The notes below the pieces were generated by a model. That model searched no databases. It was not told the DNA's origin and worked only from the letters and a program-made list of their open reading frames with translations. The position numbers were made by a program, and so were the translations under genes. From the NCBI GenBank assembly GCA_041736305.1, contig JBGSTX010000025.1, positions 493 through 64,492 on the forward strand: a stretch of DNA of 64,000 nt, given 5' to 3'. This DNA comes from Oligoflexus sp. (GTDB lineage: Bacteria; Bdellovibrionota_B; Oligoflexia; Oligoflexales; Oligoflexaceae). Numbering within the stretch: the first letter of the stretch is position 1; every line of letters starts with the position of its first letter. Positions 57,217-64,000 of this stretch are shown here, in pieces.

Positions 57217-57580
57217 AAAAACTGGGATGATGGATTTTAAAAGGCTTTAACGCATCGAGGCCCTCCGTTTGTTGAGTCAAGCATGGCCTCGTGTTTGACC
57301 ATGAGACTGTCCTAGGTAAGACTCGATTTTCCTACTATATTGCGCCTATCTTTGCAAGCCGACTGCCCGACTCGGCTCGTTTTAGGGCTATGGCATCCTA
57401 AGCGACCCCCCTTCCGGCTTCTAAGGTGTGGAAACTTCACAGATTGGGCCAGACGACGGAAAGGTGCTGGAGCCTAGCACTACTTGAGCCCAATCATTCT
57501 AACTCACGTCCTGAAGGGCGTAGACAGCAAGCGGAGCCCAGTGTATGCAGTTGAGCTGCGATCTAATTCTGGGAGAAATC

Positions 57581-58543
57581 ATGCTTCGTCGATATTCGAG
57601 CCTTTTACTTATTCTTTTCGCTGTTTTGAACGCGACCCTAGCCCTTTCTCAAGGGAAAGTGCGCATCGTGGTAAGTGTAGATTGGGAAGGCCGCACCCTC
57701 GAGCCAGAAAACCTGCTCGCCATGCAGGACTTTCGAGCTGCTTTTCCCGAAGTTCCCCTCCAGCATTTTTTGAACGCCGCCTACTACACCAAAGACGATG
57801 CCGATCCGTCGTCTATCACCAGCGAGGTTCGCTCAGTCCTCCGACCCGGCGATGAACATGGTTTACACATTCATGCTTGGCGCAGCCTCGTCCTAGCATC
57901 CGGAGTCAAGTTTCGTCGTGGTCCTTCATTCGTTGCTGGAAATGTAAACGAAGAGAGATGCGGTATCGACTGCGGTAGCGACGTTGCGCTCACTGCTTAT
58001 TCGACGAGAGAGCTGCGTAAAATAATTCAGAAGAGCGTGACGGTCCTCACTGCTCAGGGCTTCGATCGACCCTACAGCTTCCGAGCCGGTGGCTGGCAAG
58101 CTGATTCCAAGGTTTTAACGGCCCTTGCAGAAGAAGGATTTACAATGGATGGATCGGCTACCGATGGGAACTATCTCGAAGAATCTTGGGGCGATTACAA
58201 CCTCTATCCCTTTGTTAAACAGCTCTGGCCGACTATGACTCCCAGTAGCCAGCCTTATACATTCACTACAGCAAGTCAAAAGTCGATCTTAGAACTGCCA
58301 AACAACGGCTCCCTTGCCGATTATGTTGACGCTTCGGATATGCTCACTGCCTTTAAAGTTCAAGCAGGCCTATTGCAAGAGAATCCTAATCAGGATGTTT
58401 ATTTGTCGATCGGTTTCCACCAGGAGACGGCAGCTAGCTATTTGCCTCGCTTGATCGGTGCGCTCAAAAATATCCGCGTGTATGCGCAGACTCAGGGTAT
58501 TCCCTACGTTTATAATGTAGGTCCCTTCCCAGTTAAGCTCTGA
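57581..58543 (+). CDS. Secreted protein, possibly of the polysaccharide-deacetylase / glycoside hydrolase-deacetylase barrel superfamily
   Basis: RBS GGGAGAA. Signal peptide MLRRYSSLLLILFAVLNATLALS. VSVDWEG, HGLHIHAW and FRAGGW loosely resemble CE4 motifs. This assignment is weak. Confidence 0.35.
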   Translation: MLRRYSSLLLILFAVLNATLALSQGKVRIVVSVDWEGRTLEPENLLAMQDFRAAFPEVPLQHFLNAAYYTKDDADPSSITSEVRSVLRPGDEHGLHIHAWRSLVLASGVKFRRGPSFVAGNVNEERCGIDCGSDVALTAYSTRELRKIIQKSVTVLTAQGFDRPYSFRAGGWQADSKVLTALAEEGFTMDGSATDGNYLEESWGDYNLYPFVKQLWPTMTPSSQPYTFTTASQKSILELPNNGSLADYVDASDMLTAFKVQAGLLQENPNQDVYLSIGFHQETAASYLPRLIGALKNIRVYAQTQGIPYVYNVGPFPVKL

Positions 58544-61500
58544 AAAGAGGAGGTGATCCCCGGGCTTTCGAATCTCTATGCAGTGGCATTTTCTCAAGAC
58601 TGGAAACGAGCGCTCTTAGAATGTCGAGTCGCGCACCTTCTTTCGCTTCCCTTTCCATTTTGCTTGCAACCACTGAAATCCGAGGCGAAATATAGTGGAT
58701 CACGGACCCTTTGATAACGTGCGCAATCCGTTCCACCTCCTTCCAGTCAGAGCCCTCGACTGCCCCCCGTATCGAGCGCAGAAGCTCAGGGAATGTTTCA
58801 AGACGAAACGCCTCAACGATGGCTTTAATTTCAGGGTCATCTGCGACCGATAAGTCGATGTCACCTTGAAAAGCGGTTTGCTGAAGGGCAGCCGATATTT
58901 TTTCAAGCAAAGCTACTCGATCAAGTGGCTTTGTCAAGTGATCAAAAAATCCATGAGCAATGGCACGTTCCCTCTCCCCCCGCATGGCATGGGCTGTAAG
59001 CGCGATGATCGGGACTGAATAACCTTGGGAGAGAAGCCTCGCAGCCGCCGCATACCCATCCAGGACCGGCATTTGAACATCCATAAGCACGACCGCATAG
59101 GACCCTAGTAAAGCCTTTTCAACTCCCTCTTTGCCGTCACCTGCAATTGTAACTGTGGCACCTTCCCGCACCAGAAATCGCTTGATCAAGTGTTGATTAT
59201 CACTTGAATCTTCAACCACCAGGATCTTAATGCCATCGAGAAGGTGAAAAGCAGGCTCTTCAGCCACGTTTTTCATTTCTGCCATGGTAGAGGAATGATC
59301 AGAAACAAATGAGAAGCTTTCCACCGGACCGGCTTCAATCGTGATTTTGAATGTGCTGCCTTTGCCTGGAACGCTGCTAATGAGAGTGAGATCACCGCCT
59401 AGTGCAAGAGACAGCCTCTTCGACAAGGAAAGGCCGAGACCAGTTCCTCCAAATTTTCGCGTCGTCGATGTATCGGCCTGGGCAAATGGTTCCCAGATTT
59501 TGTGACTTTGCTCCTCACTTAAGCCAATACCGGTATCGCGCACTGTGAAAATGAGCCTGATCTGCTGACTTTGGTCATCAGGCTGCTCCATAGCAATGGA
59601 AACATCAACGGTGCCGGATTCGGTAAATTTGATGGCATTGCCTACTACATTGACAAGAATTTGCCGAAGCCGCGTGGGATCCGTAATGATAGATTGTTGC
59701 AGAGGTCCCACAGCTATAAAGTTAAGTCCGATTCCTTTTTCCCGAGCTTGAACGATAAGAAGCTGATGGACATCTTGAATGACCTCTTCGAGCTTGAAAC
59801 GCACGTGTTCGATTTCCAGGCGATCTGCTTCAATTTTCGATAAATCAAGAAGTTCATTGATCAGACGGAAAAGCTGATCGGCGTTGCGGCGAATGGTCGA
59901 AACGCAATCATAACGATCTGAAGGCGTCTGGTCGGGTTCCAATAGGAATTCCGAAAAACCAAGGATTGCGCCAAGGGGAGTGCGAATCTCATGGCTCATA
60001 TTGGCGAGAAATGCGCTTTTGGCTTTGCTGGCGTTATCGGCGCTGATCCGTTGCAGCTCAAGCTCTTGCGTCAGTCGTTTTTGTTCATGAATGTCAGTAC
60101 TAGATCCAAACCATTTTACGATTTTTCCGGACTCATCTTTCGAAGCGATGGCGCGACTTAAGACCCAGCGATATTGCCCATCCGCACGTCGAAAGCGAAC
60201 TTCGTATTCATAAAATTCCTGGTCCACCGTGGCTGCTGCCCACGCCTCTGTTGTTCCTTTCAAATCGTCAGGATGAACAAAATCAGCCGATGTCCAGTCG
60301 CAGATGATTTCGGCACCGAGACCTGTAAAGTCGACGAATCCCTGATTAACATAATTGAGTTCACCGGACGGATTTGCAGTCCAGACGAGCTGGGGCATGG
60401 AGTCAGCTAGCTGACGAAACTGATGTTCACTTTCACGAATTGCCATTCTCGCGTTCACCTGATCCGAGACATCCTGCACAATGACGATGATACCTTCGAC
60501 AAACCCGGAGGCATCAACCATTGGCTGGTAGATAAAGTTCAAATGAAAGTCCTTTGATGACCCATCCGCCTGGATCAGCTTAATCGGAACTTCGACTCCG
60601 CGAAAAGGCACAGCTGTCTTGTAAACCTCATCCAGCAAAAGTGGAAAGGCTTGCGACTCGACTTCCGGCAATGCCTGGCGCACCGTTTTACCGAGTACAT
60701 CTCTATTGCCGCCAAGGAGATTCCGGTAGGCCGGATTTGCCAGCGTAAATATATGCTCAGGACCCCTCAGAACACATATCGGTATGGGTGTCTGTTCAAA
60801 GAGGTCGTATAAGCGGCCTCTTTCCACTTCTACTTTTTTTGAAGCTTCTTCCTTTTCGTGTTCGAGCTTCTTCTTCTCTCTAAGATCTGTCGAAACACAG
60901 GCGATGGCCTTCAGCTCGCCAGTGTCATTGTCAGTCATCGAAAAGACATTCCAGGAGACAGGGATTTTCTCCCCGGTATCAAATTTCTGAAAAACAACTT
61001 CTCCATCCCAATGACCATTTGAAACAACTGTCGGGAGGATTTCGGATTCAACTCTGAGCTTTTCTTCAGCCGCAAAATAGTCAATAAGTCTCGTTTTTGC
61101 TACGGCCTCCATATTCGGCAAACCGACGAGGTGCCGACCCGCCTTGTTGACAAAATACGCTGAACCATCTGGATTGGCGACACCGATAAAGGAAGGAGTA
61201 CTCTCTACAACCTGTGCTAATATATTGGCTCGATTCCGCAGGCGGTGTTCCTCGGTTGCATCCCTAAAGACGAGCACAACTCCCATCAAAGATCCATCTA
61301 GGCCGCGCACCGGAGCGGCGCTGTCTTCGATGATATATTCTTGTCCAGTCTTTGATATAAGAGCAGTGTGGTTCGCCAGCCCGACGACGATCCCTTCGGC
61401 GATCACGCGATCGACGGGATTGATAGCCCGTTTTCGGGTTTTCTGATTGATGATGTTAAAAATTTCGAGAATGGGGCGGCCTCTGGCTTCTGACAGCCGC

Positions 61501-62867
61501 CAGCCAGTAAGTTTCTCGGCTACCTGGTTCATAAAGACGATCGAACCATCAGTGTTCACATCCGTGGCAATGACCGCATCACCTATGCTAACGAGTGTGG
61601 CTTTCAGCCACTCCTCACTCATAATCCTTTCTTCACGGGCTTTGCGGAGTTCCGTCACGTCTGCGAAATATACCGATAAGCCCTCTCTTGACCCATGTGT
61701 CTTAACAGAAAACCAGGATTCAAATGGCGGAAAATAGGCCTCAAAGTTTGCAGACGTTTCAAGCTCTACAGAGCGGCGGTACTCTTTTTCAAAGATAGAT
61801 CCCACGATTTCAGGAAAGGTTTCCCATATCGTCCTGCCGATTAGCTCAGCTGCGGGCTTTCGACCCATAGCCTCCATCTGTCGATTGACATATACGAACC
61901 TCCAATCTCGATCCAAAGCAAAAAAGGCATCGGAAATTCGTTCAAATATCTGCGTCGTCACGCGTTCTGCTTCATGAGAAGCGATTTGTCTCACTTTTTC
62001 GACCTCAAGAGCGATTTTTGCACGCTCTGCGGCCCTGACTGCTGTCATATCCTTCATGGCGACGACAGCACCAATGATGTTTTCGTCCCTATCCTTCAAC
62101 GCCCTACCACTGGCCAGAAGTGATCGAATTTGACCGTCTTTTGGCGCAATTACCATTTCAACATCACGTACCGTTTCTCCTTTTAAGGCGAGAAAGAGAG
62201 GTATTTCAGAGATATTGAGTGGTGTGACTCCATCACCTTTGTAAAGATTGTAGTGTTCGGCCCATCTGTCGGCAGGAATGGGCGCTTCCGGAATGCCGTG
62301 GAATTCGCGTGTCGCCTTGTTAAAAAGGGTCAAAACTCCTTCTGCGTTACATGCGACAATACCATCGGATAGATTATCAAGGACGGCGCCGAGAAAGTCT
62401 TTCTCCTTTTCCAGATCTTCGACGTACCTTGTTTGCACGAAATCTGCAGCAGCGGCTTGAATGGCTCTATGGATGGACGTTTGAATTGTCCCAAGCTCCC
62501 CTGCCTTCAAACACTCTGCTTGCTCAAGAGTTTCCAGAATGATGTCATGAAAAACCTGATATTCTTTTAGAATCTGGTCAAGCGTATAGTCAGAGGAAAT
62601 ACGAGCTTGGTTTGCGTGCTTAGCCGTAGGTCCTTCCGAGTAGATTTTGCCGTCATTCGAAGTTTTGGAAAGAGCCTCCCCCAGCTGAATCAAGAGCTCT
62701 GGAAGGTGGTCTTGAAGGGCGCGCTTAGCACGTTTTCCTGAAGTAGGAACGCTTTCTTCCACGCGTCTTTCCCATTCAGACATAATATTGCTTTGACCTT
62801 GTATAAGCACAAAGGCCGACGGATTTTCCAAAATCATTATAGCGGCCCCGCCTTCCTTGAAGGCCAA
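58533..62867 (-). CDS. Cytoplasmic multi-PAS hybrid sensor histidine kinase (RsbRD_N-like N-terminus, about 6 PAS/PAC, HisKA, HATPase, REC, HPt)
   Basis: No TM segments. The N-terminal W..RV....LQDHLPELLIQLGEAL...HA..R..Y.L.Q...EY resembles the RsbRD N-domain. H-box MSHEIRTPLG. VRDTGIGL and GGTGLGLS boxes. Receiver VVLMDVQMPVLDG..TKP. HPt AHVIKGS. Confidence 0.9.
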   Translation of the reverse strand: MAFKEGGAAIMILENPSAFVLIQGQSNIMSEWERRVEESVPTSGKRAKRALQDHLPELLIQLGEALSKTSNDGKIYSEGPTAKHANQARISSDYTLDQILKEYQVFHDIILETLEQAECLKAGELGTIQTSIHRAIQAAAADFVQTRYVEDLEKEKDFLGAVLDNLSDGIVACNAEGVLTLFNKATREFHGIPEAPIPADRWAEHYNLYKGDGVTPLNISEIPLFLALKGETVRDVEMVIAPKDGQIRSLLASGRALKDRDENIIGAVVAMKDMTAVRAAERAKIALEVEKVRQIASHEAERVTTQIFERISDAFFALDRDWRFVYVNRQMEAMGRKPAAELIGRTIWETFPEIVGSIFEKEYRRSVELETSANFEAYFPPFESWFSVKTHGSREGLSVYFADVTELRKAREERIMSEEWLKATLVSIGDAVIATDVNTDGSIVFMNQVAEKLTGWRLSEARGRPILEIFNIINQKTRKRAINPVDRVIAEGIVVGLANHTALISKTGQEYIIEDSAAPVRGLDGSLMGVVLVFRDATEEHRLRNRANILAQVVESTPSFIGVANPDGSAYFVNKAGRHLVGLPNMEAVAKTRLIDYFAAEEKLRVESEILPTVVSNGHWDGEVVFQKFDTGEKIPVSWNVFSMTDNDTGELKAIACVSTDLREKKKLEHEKEEASKKVEVERGRLYDLFEQTPIPICVLRGPEHIFTLANPAYRNLLGGNRDVLGKTVRQALPEVESQAFPLLLDEVYKTAVPFRGVEVPIKLIQADGSSKDFHLNFIYQPMVDASGFVEGIIVIVQDVSDQVNARMAIRESEHQFRQLADSMPQLVWTANPSGELNYVNQGFVDFTGLGAEIICDWTSADFVHPDDLKGTTEAWAAATVDQEFYEYEVRFRRADGQYRWVLSRAIASKDESGKIVKWFGSSTDIHEQKRLTQELELQRISADNASKAKSAFLANMSHEIRTPLGAILGFSEFLLEPDQTPSDRYDCVSTIRRNADQLFRLINELLDLSKIEADRLEIEHVRFKLEEVIQDVHQLLIVQAREKGIGLNFIAVGPLQQSIITDPTRLRQILVNVVGNAIKFTESGTVDVSIAMEQPDDQSQQIRLIFTVRDTGIGLSEEQSHKIWEPFAQADTSTTRKFGGTGLGLSLSKRLSLALGGDLTLISSVPGKGSTFKITIEAGPVESFSFVSDHSSTMAEMKNVAEEPAFHLLDGIKILVVEDSSDNQHLIKRFLVREGATVTIAGDGKEGVEKALLGSYAVVLMDVQMPVLDGYAAAARLLSQGYSVPIIALTAHAMRGERERAIAHGFFDHLTKPLDRVALLEKISAALQQTAFQGDIDLSVADDPEIKAIVEAFRLETFPELLRSIRGAVEGSDWKEVERIAHVIKGSVIHYISPRISVVASKMEREAKEGARLDILRALVSSLEKMPLHRDSKARGSPPLFRA

Positions 62868-63104
62868 GTGGGATATATATCGAGCGGAGTGCGTTCATGA
62901 TTATTTGGCATAGCAAACCCTGTAAGGTGGTTGCCCTTGTGTAGCACTTCTAGAGCGTTAATCATACACAGTCTTCGGGTCAAGCCGGCCTTGTCCGTCC
63001 CATTTCGTTGTTGGAAAATCAGGAGAGATTTCTCCTGCACGATCGCCGAGTATAAGGTCGGAGATGAAGTTCTACTCGATAATGGGCTGGTATTGTTGAA
63101 CACA

Positions 63105-63137
63105 GCACAAAAAGTGGGCCTTCAATGAGGGAGGCCC
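63105..63137 (-). terminator. Rho-independent terminator after the GH5 gene
   Basis: On the minus strand, GGGCCT-10 nt-AGGCCC is followed by ACTTTTTGTG. Confidence 0.5.
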
Positions 63138-63155
63138 AGGCTTCGGGAGGCGGGA

Positions 63156-64000
63156 TCAAGGAGCGATCATAGAGGGCGCAATATTGTAGAGAAAGCGGTA
63201 AGAGCCAGCACCATCAGCTTCTACCAATCCGAACCAGCCGCGATCATCCCAAACAGTGGGTGCCATGCCATAGCTCAGAACAGTCTGAGCGGTCGTGCGA
63301 TAATACTCGCGCACAATCTCAGTGTTGCGCTCAGTCTGATTTGTGGCCCGGCCGACGCCAAATTCACCGAAATGAATAGGGGTTCCAATCTTTTGTCCGT
63401 GAGCTGCTACGGCCTGAATCGCCGCGCGGATCGACGTGCTTCCGGGCCACGCTCTGTTGCTCCCCGTCTGACCGCAGAAATCCCATGGATCATAGGTGTG
63501 AACCGAGAGCCCAACGAAAGGGTCAGCCCCTGCCCCAGGTAGACTTTCTTTGGTGGGGTAAAGCTCGTCAATAAGGGAGGAATTCCCCTGGGCGTTTGGC
63601 ATTACTAGCACGAGTCGCGTGGAGTTAGCTCCGCCCGTGGCGCGAATGGCTCGGTAACCAACTTCATTGATCTCGCGAGTGAAGCCTTGAGCTACGGGAT
63701 CTATCGGACTAGCGCCTCCGTTATAGTCGCCAAAGGCACGCTCAGGCTCATTCAGGACTTCAAAGATGAGCTTAGAGGAACGGCTTTTGAAAATCTCAGC
63801 AATTTGTGTCCAGAGCCTGGCGAAAGTTGCATCGTAGGCATCAGAGCCATCGTAATGCGACTTGAGCCAATGCTCATGATGGGTATTGATTATCACATAC
63901 ATTCCTAAAGATAGAGCGTAGTCGACGACCGAAATTGCCTGCAGGAGTCGCGGATGAGTGAGGTTGATTTGGCCTTGGCTGCCTGCCAGTGTATTGCCGG
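63156..64000 (-). CDS. Glycoside hydrolase family 5 (cellulase-type) catalytic domain; the N-terminus lies outside the window
   Basis: The frame stays open upstream of the listed ATG to the window end (…LLQAISVVDYALSLGMYVIINTHHEHW). The acid/base motif is FEVLNEP and the nucleophile motif is IHFGEFG. Confidence 0.75.
   Translation of the reverse strand, partial: GNTLAGSQGQINLTHPRLLQAISVVDYALSLGMYVIINTHHEHWLKSHYDGSDAYDATFARLWTQIAEIFKSRSSKLIFEVLNEPERAFGDYNGGASPIDPVAQGFTREINEVGYRAIRATGGANSTRLVLVMPNAQGNSSLIDELYPTKESLPGAGADPFVGLSVHTYDPWDFCGQTGSNRAWPGSTSIRAAIQAVAAHGQKIGTPIHFGEFGVGRATNQTERNTEIVREYYRTTAQTVLSYGMAPTVWDDRGWFGLVEADGAGSYRFLYNIAPSMIAP

Noticed and set aside
1-64000. Search by eye for CRISPR arrays, rRNA or tRNA genes, integrases, transposases, toxin-antitoxin pairs and known defence-system hallmarks.
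   Set aside because: None was recognised. The only regular short repeats are the regulatory palindromes listed above. Absence by eye is not proof, and a proper scan (tRNAscan-SE, Infernal, DefenseFinder/PADLOC) should be run.

Overview
This is a 64 kb chromosomal segment of roughly 50% GC by eye, from a Gram-negative bacterium. The Gram-negative call rests on many lipobox and Sec signal peptides, a TolC-type outer membrane factor and an RND pump. The many secreted hydrolases, giant PAS hybrid kinases and delta-60 repeat proteins look like Bdellovibrionota, Oligoflexia or myxobacteria-like organisms, but that is only a guess. I support about 55 protein-coding genes. I saw no rRNA, tRNA, CRISPR array, integrase, transposase or prophage module.

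Content in order:
- A secreted-protein cluster: a ricin-lectin fragment, three tandem DUF4360-like paralogs, and a lipoprotein homolog of the oomycete GP42 transglutaminase-elicitor family.
- A translationally coupled ATP-grasp and LLM-oxidoreductase pair.
- A single-heme cytochrome-c-like protein.
- A hybrid histidine kinase followed by an LD-carboxypeptidase.
- A heavy-metal RND cluster (His-rich protein, CusA/CzcA, 150-aa periplasmic protein, TolC-like factor) with no recognisable membrane fusion protein.
- An ABC-2 exporter.
- A PaoABC-like molybdo-flavo-iron-sulfur oxidoreductase.
- A four-gene operon led by a SulP anion transporter whose STAS domain is replaced by a Cam-type gamma-carbonic anhydrase, followed by two SPFH proteins.
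- Several secreted peptidases (S33, S8, M48).
- A divergent hmp and norR pair with three GT-N7-AC boxes and a sigma54-like promoter.
- An ArsR and SRPBCC module with a perfect 16-bp operator palindrome.
- A delta-60-repeat, imelysin and di-heme DUF1111 operon preceded by a Fur-box-like site.
- A CoA-transferase.
- A class II UvrA paralog that lacks the UvrB-binding domain.
- A second, cytoplasmic multi-PAS hybrid kinase.
- A truncated GH5 glycosidase.

All family assignments come from reading motifs in the translations. No database search was possible, so each should be confirmed by HMM or BLAST. I did not find a clear-cut new defence or mobile system. The most unusual items are the SulP-gamma-CA/SPFH operon, the adaptor-less RND cluster and the TGase-elicitor/DUF4360-like cluster.
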